Shown here: in pieces, positions 1 to 12,975 of the stretch
Numbering within the stretch: the first letter of the stretch is position 1
Layout: every line of letters starts with the position of its first letter
Source: Octopus sinensis
Lineage: Eukaryota
Assembly (NCBI RefSeq): GCF_006345805.1
Contig: NC_043000.1
Span: 92,566,001-92,630,000, forward strand
Length of the DNA stretch: 64,000 bases
Direction: 5' to 3'
Translations under genes and position numbers: made by a program
The notes under the pieces: model-generated
The model's input: only the letters and a program-made list of their open reading frames with translations
Told to the model about the DNA's origin: nothing
Database searches by the model: none

Positions 1-74
1 ATTCAACAAAACCTGTTACTCGGAGTTTCACATATGTATATGTATATATATGTGTGTGTATGTATATATATATA

Positions 75-108
<34 letters not shown>

Positions 109-499
109 AATACACACAGATACACACATATATACATACACACATACATATGTGTGTGTAAGTGTGTATGGATGGATGGATGTATACATGAACACAGAAT
201 CAAGTCACAATTATTCAAACAAGAATGCCCAGTGAACAATTTGTTTTAGATAAATGATCAGATCATAAACAAAGGAAGACAGATTGAAAATAATTATATA
301 TTTTTTAAAAATTCCATAAATGACTAAATAATCGGTAAGTATGCATAGAGAGAACTGAATGTTATTTCGCTGACAAAATGTTTTTTAATCTTATCCAATC
401 TTTGATGTCTTTTCATTCACTATGCTGCAACATCTTTTTATCTGTCAAAATTTCAATGATGTTTGCTTTCCTTTCACTGTTAAGTTAAAGCATCACAAA

Positions 500-530
<31 letters not shown>

Positions 531-811
531 AAATCATGTTCTTGAAATAAGGTAGTAGACAGATAAAGACACTATTGACTTCGCGCATGTTTTTAAACCA
601 CTTTGAATATGTTATTCATTTTTATGAATTGCAATTATTCTAACACTGCTTAAATCAACCTAGCAGACAGAATGATGAGCAAAGTTTTGCATAGCTGTAA
701 GCAAAAGATATGATAGTTATATCGCTGTCAGTAACACATCTTTCATGTAATTTACTTATATGTCGTTCAGTAAACTGAATTAACTTTTGATCGTTATAAA
801 TATAAGGCACA

Positions 812-1130
812 TGGAGGCGCAATGGCCAAGTGGTTAGGGCAGTGGACTCGTGGTCGGAGGATCGTGGTTTCAATTCCCAGACCGGGCATTGTGTGTGTTT
901 ATTGAGCAAAAACACCTAGAAAAGCTCCACAAGGCTCCAGCAGGGGGTGGTAGTGACCCATGTTATACTCTTTCACCACAACTTTCTCTCACTCTCTCTT
1001 CTTGTTTCTTGAGTAACGTTGCAATGGACTGGCGTCCTGTCCAGCTGGGGGGAACACATATGCCACAGAAACTGGGAAATCAGGAAACGAGCCCATGAGT
1101 CTGGCTAGGCTTGAAAAGGGTGACGTTTTT
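812..1130 (+). mobile_element. tRNA-derived SINE, tail type A
   Basis: Head ggaggcgcaatggccaagtggttagggc (A-box-like) and ggtttcaattccc (B-box-like), then gcaatggactggcgtcctgtccag...gcccatgagtctggctaggcttgaaaaggg tail shared with copies at 7436-7682, 14792-15045, 18451-18680, 32725-33015 and 63080-63330. Confidence 0.8.
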
Positions 1131-1364
1131 ATGTTAAATAAAAGTAATCACATTGGTATCACTCAGATTAAACAAAGCATGGCTAATTAAATGTTAATGT
1201 GTCCTTGAGATTTTATGATGATAATCTGAAATTCAGATAATACATATCAGTTCAGGTTACTAAAAGTCAAATGGCTGAAACAAATAAAAAAAGTAAAAGA
1301 GTAAAAATGATGCAGGTATGCAAACAAATATGTATGCATGTATTTGTGCATGAGCTCAATAGGG

Positions 1365-1560
1365 CTGGTGGCTTGAAAAGTGCACCCAGTGCACACTGTA
1401 AAGTGGTTGGGATTAAGGAGGGCATCCAGTCTTGGAAATTAGACTAAAGTAGACACTGGACTACTGTGCAGGCCTTGATTCATTGGATAGTTGTCAAACC
1501 ATCCAATCCATGCAAGCCAGCATAGAAAATGGATGTTGTCAAATGATGATGATGGTGATG
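1365..1560 (+). mobile_element. RTE-like LINE 3' UTR fragment with (GAT)n tail
   Basis: gtggttgg..aggagggcatccag...ccaatccatgcaagccagcatagaaaatggatgtt..aaatgatgatgat; same family as 8988-9390, where it is attached to an RTE-like ORF end. Confidence 0.65.
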
Positions 1561-1694
1561 ACTGTGTGGTAAGAAGCTTGCTTCCAAACCACATGGTTCC
1601 AGTTTCAGTCCCACTGCATGGCACTTTGGGCAAGTGTCTTCTTCTATACTCTTGGGTCAACCAAAGCCTTGTAAGTGGATTTGGTAGAGAGAAA

Positions 1695-1730
<36 letters not shown>

Positions 1731-1851
1731 TTTTATTCTTCGTAAACCGTGTACTTATTCTATCAGTATCTTTTGCTGAACCACGAAGTTACAGGGACCA
1801 ACAAGTGAAGGTGGGGGACAAACACAGACACACAAATACATACATAAATAC

Positions 1852-1917
<66 letters not shown>

Positions 1918-2094
1918 GTATGTATGTATATATACATATTCCTTTATCAATATTTAGCAGAAGTAACAGATTACAAAAAGTCCAGGACCTTGAGTCACTC
2001 TGTTACTTCAGTAAAAGAATAATAAAAATATACTTATACTCATATTTTAAGTTCTATTTTTCCTGTTCGCATCAACATACCTATATATATATAG

Positions 2095-2652
2095 GTTAGT
2101 AGAGTTAGCGGTTGGAATAACTGTCTAAGGGATAAGAATATAAGAATATCCATTTTTACTACTGGTATAAATTACCCTGGGTGCTCATAGGATACAGGCA
2201 ATAACAAAATAAACAAGATTTTATCATGAATCAAATTTAAGTTAAGCAGAAAATGGAGAAAATTCTTGATCAACAAACAAATTGACTACCATCGATTATT
2301 ATTTTTTAATACAAAATTTTATTGTTTCTAACAGCCGTTTCCCCTTCCAATGTCAGTCAGCACTGCCAAAGAAAATTCTGAGAACAATATTTGTCATATT
2401 CTGTTGCACATTCGATCTGGTACATGGAGCTTTATGTATTTTTCTTCACTCTGATGAAGATCCATGTACCAGATTGGATGTGCAACAGAATATGATGAAT
2501 ATTATTCTCAGAATTTTTTTGCCAGCACTGATGGACATTGGAAGCAGAATGGCTGTTGGAAATGATAAAGTTTTGTGTTAAAAAATAATAATTGATGATA
2601 GTTAATTTGTTTGTTGCTCAAGAATTTTCTCCATTTTCTGCTTAATTAAAAA
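2095..2652. mobile_element. Fold-back insert (Penelope-like element derivative, inferred)
   Basis: Imperfect inverted arms ~2236-2435 and ~2453-2650 (ttaagcagaaaatggagaaaattcttga / tcaagaattttctccattttctgcttaa), CTGATGA at the loop edge (2451-2457), one-sided extension 2095-2235, (TA)n on both sides. Confidence 0.6.
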
Positions 2653-2919
2653 ATTATATATATATATGTATGTATATATAAGCAATCGTGAAGTATATTT
2701 GCCACTTAAATGTAGCTAACCCTTAAGGGTTGATGCTACTGTAGGTTGTAGCCACAGGAAGACATCTCCTCCAGCTGGTTATTGACACACTTATGTTGTG
2801 TAATATCACTAAGGTGATATTGCACAACATATTGAGTAATAGATGTAAATGGATTACTGAAACATGTGTAAATAATGAATTAATAAAGTTAATCTGATTT
2901 GCTCTCCTTTCTTAGCCCA

Positions 2920-3074
2920 CAAGCATGGTTGTCTGGTAAGAAGCTTGCTTCTCAACCATATGATTCTGGGTTCAGTCCCACTGCATTGCATCTTGGGCAA
3001 ATGTCTTCTACTGTAGCCTCAGTCCAACCAAAGCCTTGTGAGAGGATTTGATAGATGGGAACTGAAAGAAAACC

Positions 3075-3107
<33 letters not shown>

Positions 3108-3335
3108 GTGTGTGTCTTTGTGTCTGTGTCTGTCTCCATTTCACTCCTTGACAACTGGTGTTGGTGAGTTTATGTCCCCATAACTTAAGGGTTCAGCAAA
3201 ATGAGACTGATACAATAAGTGATAGGCTTGAAAAAATAAGTCCTGGGGTCGATTTCTTCAACTAAAACTCTTTAAGGTAGTGCTCCAGCATGGTCGCAGA
3301 CAAAATGACTGAAACAAGTATAAGAATAAAAGAAT
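2920..3335 (+). mobile_element. CORE-like tRNA SINE with internal (TA)/(TG) microsatellite
   Basis: ggtaagaagcttgcttc..aaccata..gggttcagtcccactgc..cttgggcaaatgtcttctact...[microsatellite]...ataagtcctggggtcgattt...ctccagcatggtcgcag..aatgactgaaacaagta; many copies in the window. Confidence 0.8.
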
Positions 3336-3349
3336 AGGAGAAATTAATC

Positions 3350-3502
3350 AATATATATATAAGCATGTATGGACATGTGCTACGTATATATATATATATA
3401 TATATATATAAATATATATATAAGCATGTATGTCTATATATATGCATATATATATATATTATATATATATATATATATAGATATATATATACATACATAT
3501 AC

Positions 3503-3588
<86 letters not shown>

Positions 3589-3626
3589 TATATATATATT
3601 ATATATATATATACATATACATATAC

Positions 3627-3657
<31 letters not shown>

Positions 3658-3700
3658 CATATATATGTGTATATATATATTATATATATATATATAATCA
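3350..3700. repeat. Long imperfect (TA)n microsatellite
   Basis: Directly visible; source of YI-repeat ORFs. Confidence 0.95.
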
Positions 3701-4368
3701 AAATCCAATCAAAATCGAAATCAAAATAGAAATTACAGTTGTGGCTGATGCCAATGCCACCTGACTGGCAGCTGTGATGGTGGCATGTAATAACCACCAT
3801 TCAAGCATGCCAGTGGCATGTAAAAAGCACCCATTACACTCTTGGAGGGTCCATAGGTAAAAAATGGTTAAAAACCATTGTTTTAGACTCTGTGATGATG
3901 TTAATAAATCAAGGAATTATGGTGTAGGTTATTTGACATATCTGCATTTGTCTATATTATTCATATAGATGTTACTGGCTCCTATATCAATTAGTTCTCT
4001 TAACTCATATGTCTTCTACTCTTTTTTTCAAATACCAATGAAGCTTGGCTGTTAGAGATAGAACAGGAAAACTTTTATGTTGATGACACTTATTGAGGCA
4101 GAAACATGAGTTCCAGAGTATCCTCTTAACTCAAGACAGTAAGCACGTATTTTTTCTTAATGCCATGTGAAATTTCGAAGATTCTTGATTCTCATATAGA
4201 GCAGGCTTCAATTGCCATTTCATAAGAGGCAGAGAAATTTTTAAAAATCAAGAATTTAGATTGTATAGTATTTCATATATGTTTTTGTGTAAGTATATAG
4301 AAATATATACCTATGTGTGTATATGCAATATATACATACATACAACATACATACATACATACATACCT

Positions 4369-4399
<31 letters not shown>

Positions 4400-4407
4400 T
4401 ACATACA

Positions 4408-4443
<36 letters not shown>

Positions 4444-4949
4444 TATATATTATAGCTGGTGCTATTAAGTTAGACATGGCCTGGGCCAGTACTGACCAAA
4501 ACGTATCAAAGTATATATGTATATACATATATGTCATCATGTTGAACTGTTAATCCTTACACATTTTTCTCCCACCATTTTTTCCCGCACAATTCTTTCT
4601 GTCGAAGAACATAGGCTCAAAGCGTCAAAAGCTTCTCCATTCCTCCTGACCTTTAAACTAATACACCAGCTTGTTGATTCACCTTTGTCTTTTATTCTCC
4701 ATAAATTTGAAGTATATATATATACACACATACACACCAAAGTACCATGTAATGAAAGCACTGGTTATGGCACTATACAAAGCATTGAGTATGTCCTGAA
4801 AAGAAGCTGGTATTAGGCAGGGCATCTAACTGTAGAAACTAAGCAAAAAACAGACTGTGGAATCTGATGCAGCTCTTGGCCTGCCAGTTACTGTCAAGCC
4901 TTCCAAAGCGATCCCAACATAGAAAGCTGATGTTGAATGATGATGTTGT

Positions 4950-5012
4950 GTATATGCATATATATTTGTTATATATATATATGTATATATAATATATATA
5001 AATTATATATAT

Positions 5013-5052
<40 letters not shown>

Positions 5053-5126
5053 TACATATATATATACATATATATACATATATATAGTATATATATACAT
5101 ATATATATGTATATATATATATAAAC

Positions 5127-5159
<33 letters not shown>

Positions 5160-5162
5160 GAT

Positions 5163-5218
<56 letters not shown>

Positions 5219-5400
5219 GAGAGAGAGAGAGAGAGGGAGAGATAGATAGATATATACACACACACATATATATATGTATATATAATATATATATATATAT
5301 ATATTATATATTATTATATATATATATATATATACACATATATACATATATATATACATATATATACATATATATATGTATATATATACATATATATATG

Positions 5401-5435
<35 letters not shown>

Positions 5436-5464
5436 GATATATATTATATATATATATATGTATA

Positions 5465-5503
<39 letters not shown>

Positions 5504-5559
5504 AGAGAGAGAGAGAGAGAAGAGAGAGGGAGAGATGATAGATATATACCACACACATA

Positions 5560-5602
<43 letters not shown>

Positions 5603-5625
5603 ATATATACATATAGTGCATACAA
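4950..5625. repeat. Compound (TA)n/(GA)n microsatellite
   Basis: Directly visible; two TA-then-GA blocks. Confidence 0.95.
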
Positions 5626-5866
5626 ATATACAATATGTTATATGAATTCAAACATTGAATATTCCTTCCGCCTAAAAGCAGTAATTGTTTCCTCTCATCC
5701 AAGCAAATTTCAGAATGAGCTTTTAAATGAAATTACATCTACCATTTTCTCCACTCACTAAGCATTTCTTTAATCTCAATTTGATTCATTGCCGAAAATA
5801 CCATACATCAATGTAGTGTTTTATATCCAAGATCTTTTTATTTTTCTTGTTATTCTCTATCTGCAA

Positions 5867-5902
<36 letters not shown>

Positions 5903-5944
5903 TGTATATATAAATTGCAGATACAGAATATATTTTTTTACCAT

Positions 5945-6152
5945 TTTTCTTCTTCTTCTTCTTCTTCTTCTTCTTCTTCTTCTTCTCTTCTTCTTCTTCT
6001 TCTTCTTCTTCTTCTTCTTCTTCTCTTCTTCTTCTTCTTCTTCTTCTTCTTCTTCTTCTTCTTCTTCTTCTTCTTCTTCTTCTTCTTCTTCTTCTTCTCC
6101 TTCTTCTTCTTCTTCTTCTGCTCCTTCTTCTTCTCCTTCTTCTTCTTCTTCA

Positions 6153-6223
<71 letters not shown>

Positions 6224-6255
6224 GTATCATCATCATCATCATCATCATCATCATA
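5945..6255. repeat. Compound (TTC)n-(TTA)n-(TCA)n trinucleotide array
   Basis: Three abutting trinucleotide tracts. Confidence 0.95.
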
Positions 6256-7154
6256 ATCGTCATTCTATTAGCTTTTTTACTCTACCTTTCTATGCTTCTC
6301 TAATAATTATTTTACATTTTTTAAAATACTTTTTCGTCTTTGATTTTTCTGTTCTTTTTCATTGTTTTTCCTTTCTTTTCATGGTTAACTCTCCTCATTT
6401 TTTTCATTTTAATTTGCTTTTCATTTCTATAATTTTCTTTCAATACACTTATCTCTGTATTTTTAAATGTTTTTCTATAATTTTCCTCTTTTTTCTACAT
6501 GAATTTTTTTATTTCTTTTTGTGTTTATTTCAATTATTTTTTTTTTACCTCTTCTATGCTTTTTAAACTGTTCTTATTTTATATATTTTTCTACTCATTT
6601 TTCATTTCATTTTTGTTCATGCTATTTTTTTTCTTTGCTTAATCTGTAATATTCTTATGTTTACTTATACAGTTTGTTTATATATTTTTTTTTTATGATT
6701 CCATAGATATTTTCTATGCACATATTTTTCTATATGTTTATAAGCTTTACACATACATATTATTTTTATGTGTGTTTGTGATCAAAATCTTTTTCTTTTT
6801 TTCAGGTCAATAAACATGAAGCATTGACTAATTATTGCTGTTTTTAGTATTGTTTAACCCCAGGTAAGACCTGATCAAATTTACCCAATATCTGGATTCT
6901 CATATGGCTACATAATTTTACAATTTGGTGTTTCCTTTCAGCCATTTTTCCCTAACTGTCTTCATTTTCACTTCTCTCATATTTTGTTAAGCTGTGGCCT
7001 TGCACTAACCTAAAGTCTGACCTATTGTCCTAACTAGGTTGTCTCATAGGAGCTCTCAGCTGTCTTCTAAGTTATAATCTCATCATCCATCCCTCAAATC
7101 ATATACATCAGTTGATATATATACCTTGTATACCAATATGTGTGTGTGTATATA

Positions 7155-7400
7155 CATCATCATCATCATCAGTTAACACCCGTTTTCCATGCTAGCATGG
7201 GTTGGATGGTTCGATCGGGGTCTGGTAAGCTATGGAGACTGCACCAGGCAGTTTGATTTGGCAGTGTTTCTACAGATGGATGCCCTTCCTAACACCAACC
7301 ACTCTGTGAGTGTAGTGGGTGTTTTTACATGCCACCGGCACAGGAGCCAGGACAGGCTGGCAAACGGCCATGATTGGTTGGTGCTTTTACGTGTCACCGA
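7155..7400 (-). mobile_element. RTE-like LINE 3' UTR fragment
   Basis: catcatcatc..ccgttttccatgctagcatgggttgg...ggatgcccttcctaacaccaaccactc; reverse copy of the (GAT)n-tailed family. Confidence 0.7.
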
Positions 7401-7435
7401 CATATATATATATATATATAAAATAAAATAAATAA

Positions 7436-7682
7436 ATGCGCCCTTTTAAAGCCTACCCAGGCTCATGGGTCCGGTTTACTGGTTTCTATGGCGTATGTGT
7501 TTCCTAGCTGAACGGGACGCCAGTCCATTGCAGCGTCTCTCATTTTTGCCAGCTGAGTGGATGGAGTAACGTGAAATGAAGTGTTTTGTTCAAGAACACA
7601 ATGCATCGCCCGGTCCAGGAATCAAAACCTCAATCTTATGATCATGATGCTGACACTCTAACCACTAAGTCATGCACCTCCA
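7436..7682 (-). mobile_element. tRNA-derived SINE, tail type A
   Basis: Reverse complement of head (taaccactaagtcatgcacctcc) and tail (gcgcccttttaaagcctacccaggctcatggg). Confidence 0.8.
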
Positions 7683-7789
7683 CACACACACACATATATA
7701 TTCTTTCTTTTATATGTTTCAGCCCTAAGGTTGTGGCCATGCTGGGGCAATGAATGTATGTATGTTTGTAAGTATGTATGCATTTATGT

Positions 7790-8315
7790 CTGTCTGTCTG
7801 TCTGTATGTATGTATGTATGTATGTATGTATGTATGTATGTGCAGAGTTGTATGTTTTGCTTTATGTATGTATTCTCATGCATATAGTTGCATATCTTGA
7901 CATGCTCATATATATTTAATTGATAAACTTCTGGAAAGTTTTACAGATCTTTACAGTTCCAGTGTGTGCTTGTTAGTGTTTTTTTGGGTTTTCACATCAA
8001 TGGCTCAAAACTCATCAAGAGTCCAATCAAGCAGCCCAAATCTTGGTATGAGTACTGGCACTGTAAATACATTGTGGGCCACTGTTTTATTGAATGCAGA
8101 GAGTTCTGAGGTCCAAATTTTCTTAATTCGGCTGTAATATTCTTTAGTGATATGTGTTTTGTTACAGGTGCCATTGTAAAATATCCTTTCATCCACCCAT
8201 AGATACCAGTAACATCCCTCATGAGATATAGGGGGAAACAGTCAAATCATTGATAGAGATGTTATTTGTCTGGTTTATAGTTATTCCCCTTTTCACAACC
8301 ATATAGCAACATTTA
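7790..8315 (-). mobile_element. R4/Dong-like RLE non-LTR retrotransposon, 5'-truncated and internally deleted, in (ATGT)n
   Basis: Minus strand encodes RT-thumb-like KEYYSRIKKIWTSELSAFNKTVAHNVFTVPVLIPRFGLLDWTLDEF*AIDVKT fused to the C-terminal TGTVKICKTFQKFI and 3' UTR also seen at 11836-12320. Confidence 0.75.
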
Positions 8316-8397
8316 TGTATGTATGAATGTATAAACCCTGGCTGACCAAAGGTTTGAGTGGATTCAGTCAACAGAAATTGTATGCATAGGTGTTGGC

Positions 8398-8765
8398 ATT
8401 GCTGTGTGATAAGAAATCTGCTTCCCAACTACATGGTTCCAGGTTCAGTTCCACCATATGGCAATTTGGGCAAGTGTTTTCTACTATAGCCTTAGCCAAA
8501 CCAAAGCCATGTCAGTGGATTTGGTAGTTGGAAACTGAAAGAAGCTTGTTGCATACACAGACACACACACACACACACACACAACACACACACATCTGTG
8601 TGTATATATGCCTTTGTGTCTGATTGTGTCCTACCTCTGCTTGACAACAGGTGTCCATAACTTAAAAAATATAAATACTGGCTCCACTTCATTCAACTAA
8701 TGTTCTTGAAAGTGGTGTCTAAGCATGGCTGTAGCCTATTGATTAAAAATAGTAAGAGGTAAAAG
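8398..8765 (+). mobile_element. CORE-like tRNA SINE with internal microsatellite
   Basis: gctgtgtgataagaaatctgcttcccaactacatggttccaggttcagttcc...ttgggcaagtgt; diverged 3' half. Confidence 0.75.
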
Positions 8766-8987
8766 GTATGTATATAAGAAAACATAGTGAATTATGAAAA
8801 TAATTAGTTCAAATCATAAAAAAATTATTGGAGAAATATATTATTAAATTATTACTTTACTTTTGGATGCCCTTCCTGTCACTAACCTTAATTCTGAATT
8901 CAAATAAAAGGATGTTTTACTTTGCATGCTTCTGAAGGTGCAAACTCAGCAGCTGATTTGTTGATGGAGAAAACGATAGAGAGAAAG

Positions 8988-9390
8988 GATCTTCAGGTGG
9001 TGGGCCTCACTGAGGAGAGGACAAGGGAGCAGCACCTGTAGTAATTTGCTTACCTTGAGAAGACACACCACGCTAAGTAAAATCATGGCCATCGATACAT
9101 AGAGGCATGTCCTTTATGGCCATGCTCCCATTCATTCTCCCAGCTGAAAGATCTTTGTCTTGCAGGTGCTGGCACCGTGTAACATGCACTCATACTAGTG
9201 TTTTTGTAAATTCACTAGTGTCAGTGCCACATAAAAAGCACCCAGCATACTTTGTATAGTGGTTGGCTTTAGGAAATGCATCCAGCTGTAGAATCCATGC
9301 TAAAATATTTATTGGAGTCTAGACGGTTCCTGTCACATTGTCCAGCCCATACTAGCATGGAAGAAGGATGTTAAATGATGATGATGAGGA
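8988..9390 (+). mobile_element. RTE-like LINE 3' end (ORF C-terminus plus 3' UTR, (GAT)n tail)
   Basis: Degenerate DLQVVGLTEERTREQHL**FA..LEKT resembles RTE C-termini (DL..LGL...DR..WR); followed by gtggttggc..aggaa..gcatccagctgtagaa and gttaaatgatgatgat. Confidence 0.6.
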
Positions 9391-9814
9391 TGTATGTATG
9401 TTGTGAATCTACACTGATATGCTTACTCAGTAATACATATATGCATCTACATATATAGATTATGAAAGTTCATCATAGTTCCATCAATATTATAAGTCTG
9501 TCTTTGTATTATTTATAGAATGAAATAGTCTTTTTTCTCTAGTGTTTTTTATTGCTATTTAATTGTAGACAAGAATCATGGCAATGATAATCTGGTAATG
9601 ATTATATCATTACCACTATGATTCAAATTTCTGATCATTAACAAAAAGCTTTCCTTTGACAAAAACAAATAGTTTGGCTGCACAAACTTGTATTACTTGT
9701 ATGTTTATTTCTAACCTGAACTTGGCTTTAAACAAGCAGATCTACTATCAAAAGCATTCTAGTTATGAAAATCCAATCTCATTTTATCAAGCAGATGTTA
9801 GTGATTTTATTAGT

Positions 9815-10985
9815 GGTGTGCTGGGCAAAATGCTTAGTGGCACTTCTTCCAGGTTCCATGCCCTGAGTTCAGTTCTCACCAACTATGCCTTCCATCTTTT
9901 TGGGAGGGCTGATGAAATAAAGTAACAGTTCAAGTACTGTGGGCAACACAATCGACTGACCCTTCTTCTCAAATTGCTGGTCTTATGACAAAATTTTTTT
10001 TAATTTGTAAGATTTGTTGGTGAGATGTCAGAATGTTTGAGTTCATCAGATAAAATGCTTCATAGAGTTTCTTCTAGCTTTTTATGTTCTGAGTTCAATT
10101 CCTGTCAAGGTCAACTTTGCACTTCATCTTTTCTTTTCAGAGAATAAAGTACCAGTCATGTACTGGAGTCAGTGTAATCGATTTATCCATCCTCTCAAAT
10201 TGCTGGCCTTGCACTGAAATTTGAAAGAATTTCTGCAAAGCAGGCAGAAGGATTAATATATTGGATAAAACATGTTATGACATCTCTTCTGAATTTTTAT
10301 GTATCGAGGTCAAATTCTGCTAGGGTCATCTTTGCCCTTTCTCCTTTTGGATGTCAATGAAAAAAAGTAAAGTGAAGAACTAGGTGTGTGGTGGAGATCA
10401 ATGTAATATTCTTATCTCAATATTGCTGGTCTTGTAAGGTGGCAAGCTGGTGGAAAAGTTAGCATGTTGGATGAAATGCTTAGCGGTATTTTGTCTATCT
10501 TTACGTTTTGAGTTCAAATTCCACCGAGGCCATCTTTGCCTTTTATCCTTTCGGGGTCGATAAATTAAGTACCCGTTGCGTACTTGAGTCGATCTAATCG
10601 ACTGGCCTCCTCCCCAAATATTTCAGGCCTTGTCCTAGAGTAGAAAAGAATGTTGCTGGACTTGAGCCAAAATTTACTAAATTTATCATTAAGTCAACAA
10701 GCTAGCTGGGAAAATTGTTTTGACTCTATAGATTCTGAGTTCCAATCCCACCAATTAACTTTGCCTCCCTTCCACCTCAATAACAGCTGATCCTGTGCCA
10801 AAATTTGTGACTGTAATTAAACTCCTTATTTGGACAAATGTTCTTCTGACACTTGTTTCAGCTATTTATGTTTCGTGTTCAAATCTTATCTAGGTCAACT
10901 ATGGCCTTTCGTCATCCCAGAGTTGATAAAAGAAAGCACCAGACAAGTATTGGAATTGATACAATCTATTATTCCTATTCTCACC
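9815..10985 (+). mobile_element. Head-to-tail array of ~6 copies of a ~200-bp SINE (Deu/Nin-like central domain)
   Basis: Repeated gagttcaaattcc (B-box-like) and tttgcc.tt.atcctttcggggtcgataaattaagtacc motifs; best copy ~10436-10650. Confidence 0.75.
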
Positions 10986-11782
10986 AAATTCATATAATTT
11001 TTTATTTGTGATTCTTTTATGGTGAAGAATCCAATTCCACATTTCTGCAGTTGCTTAAAACCTGACATGGGGTATATATCGGAATGTACACTATTTCAAT
11101 GTTTCTTCACACATCTATTTTTTTAAACTTCCACTATTTTCAGTCATTAGAGTGTTGTCATGCTGGGGCACTACTTTAAAGGGCCTTGAGGATCAAATTA
11201 CGTTCCTCTCTTGTATTTATTTTGATGTCTGGTACTTATTCTACTTGTCTCTTTTGCTGAACTGCTAAGCTGCAGAGCAATAGAGAAAGCCACACACATT
11301 GTAAGGGTTGGTAGAAGACAAACACTAGAACAACCACACACGGATACATATATATACATATATATACTTAGACACACACACACATTTATACATAATACAA
11401 GGCCAATCACAAGACATTGAGCCTTATGAAACAAAGGACATCACAGAGGAGCAAGATCTCTGGTGCATTCCAGTAGAATTGATATTGGTGTTGGTGCCAC
11501 ATGAAAGCACTTGTGTTAGTGTCACAGTCAAAGCACCTGGCACACTCTATTGAGTGGTTGGCATTAGGAAGGGCATCCAAACATAGAAACCATGCCAAAA
11601 CAGACAATAGAGCTTTGTGTGACTCCTGGCCTTACCAGCCTCAGTCAAAACTGCCCAACTCATGCCAGAATGGAAAACAGATGTTAAATGATGATGGTGA
11701 CCATGATCGTGATGTTACTTCATGCATATGTGTATATATTTATCTTTATATGTGTGTGTGTGTATGTGTGTGTGTGTGTGTC

Positions 11783-11815
<33 letters not shown>

Positions 11816-11835
11816 GTATGTATATATGTATGTAT

Positions 11836-11967
11836 GTCATTATTCAGTTGATTTCAAGTTTTCTTACCAATAGAGGAAGAATCGGTTTCTAACCTAGATC
11901 CAAGGTTCCTTCATTGGAATTTCAACACCAGCAACAGGGTATTTTTGTATGTATGTATGTATGTATG

Positions 11968-11998
<31 letters not shown>

Positions 11999-12320
11999 TG
12001 TATATGCAGATTTGTATGTTTTATGTATGTATTCTCATTCACATAGTTGCATATCTAGATATGCTCATATATATTTAAATGATAAACTTCTGGAAAGTTT
12101 TACAGATCTTTACAGTTCCAGTGATGGCATGGATCTGTAGCCTTCGAATTAGCTTTCTCCTTTCTGGTTTTGAGAAGCCTAATTTCTCAAGATTGGTATT
12201 TAGTCAGTGTGTTACGTATCCCATGGTCCCAATAATTACAGGTATAAACCTGAACTTGTAATCTGGATAGAGTAACAAGAGATTTCTCAATAGTTCAGTA
12301 ATGGAGTTTTCTTTTTCACT
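11836..12320 (-). mobile_element. RLE-type non-LTR retrotransposon 3' end in (ATGT)n
   Basis: Minus strand reads SEKENSITELLRNLLLLYPDYKFRFIPVIIGTMGYVTH*LNTNLEKLGFSKPERRKLIRRLQIHAITGTVKICKTFQKFII*, a typical restriction-like endonuclease C-terminus; atgt repeats at both ends. Confidence 0.75.
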
Positions 12321-12719
12321 GTATGTATATATCTATGCATGTATGTATGTATGTATGTGTGTATGTATGTATGTATGTATGTATCTATCTATCTCTCTCT
12401 ACACACACATATATATATATATGTATATATACATAATCATATATATATGTGTGTTTGTGTGTGTGTGTATATTGCTTGGCATTTGGAAAGGGCATCCAGC
12501 CATAGAAACTATGCTAAATTGGATTAGAACCTGGTTCAGTTCTCCATCTCACCAGTTTCAGTCAAATCATCCAACCCATGCCAGCACGGAAAGCAGACAC
12601 TAAACAATGATGATGGTGATGATGATGATGTATACATAGATATATGTACATGCATACATATATTTTACATATATATGTATGCCTATATATGTATGTGTGT
12701 GTGTGTGTGTTTGTGTGTG

Positions 12720-12975
12720 AAGGCGCATGACTTAGTGGTTAGGGCATTCGACTCACGATTGTAAGGTCATGAGTTCACTCAGCAAAAATGAGTAGTACCT
12801 GCATTTCAAAGGGCTGGCCTTGTCACACTGTGTCACGCTGAATCTCCTTGAGAACTACGTTAGGGGTACACGTGTCTGTGGATTGCTCGGCCACTTGCAC
12901 GTTAATTTCATGAGCAATCTGTTCCGTTGATCATATCAGCTCAGACCCTCATCGTCATAACCGACGGAGTGCTCC
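12720..12975 (+). mobile_element. tRNA-derived SINE, tail type B
   Basis: aggcgcatgacttagtggttagggc head; tail gtacctgcatttcaaaggg...gagaactacgttagggg...accgacggagtgc shared with 50780-51100. Confidence 0.75.

Noticed and set aside
812-895. tRNA-like sequence
   Set aside because: SINE head: imperfect cloverleaf continuous with the SINE body; many diverged copies.
4530-4720. ctgtcgaagaacataggctcaaagcgtc, a possible hammerhead variant
   Set aside because: Both core segments are mutated and there is no second copy in the window to support a reconstruction.
3262-5560. ORFs rich in YI/IY, CV and TH dipeptides (here and throughout the window)
   Set aside because: Read-through of (TA)n/(TG)n/(CA)n tracts that lack stop codons; open in several frames on both strands.
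5789-6566. Longest ORF (239 aa) with poly-L/F/S/Y/H
   Set aside because: Translation of a compound trinucleotide array and T-rich DNA.
6806-6863. 58-nt plus-strand exon (ttcag...cag|gtaaga)
   Set aside because: Stops in all three frames, and the donor lies in what looks like a repeat fragment; only the acceptor is kept, as a weak candidate.
9815-10985. Regularly spaced repeats resembling a CRISPR array
   Set aside because: Units are ~200-bp diverged SINE copies, not short identical repeats with unique spacers; eukaryotic context, no cas genes.
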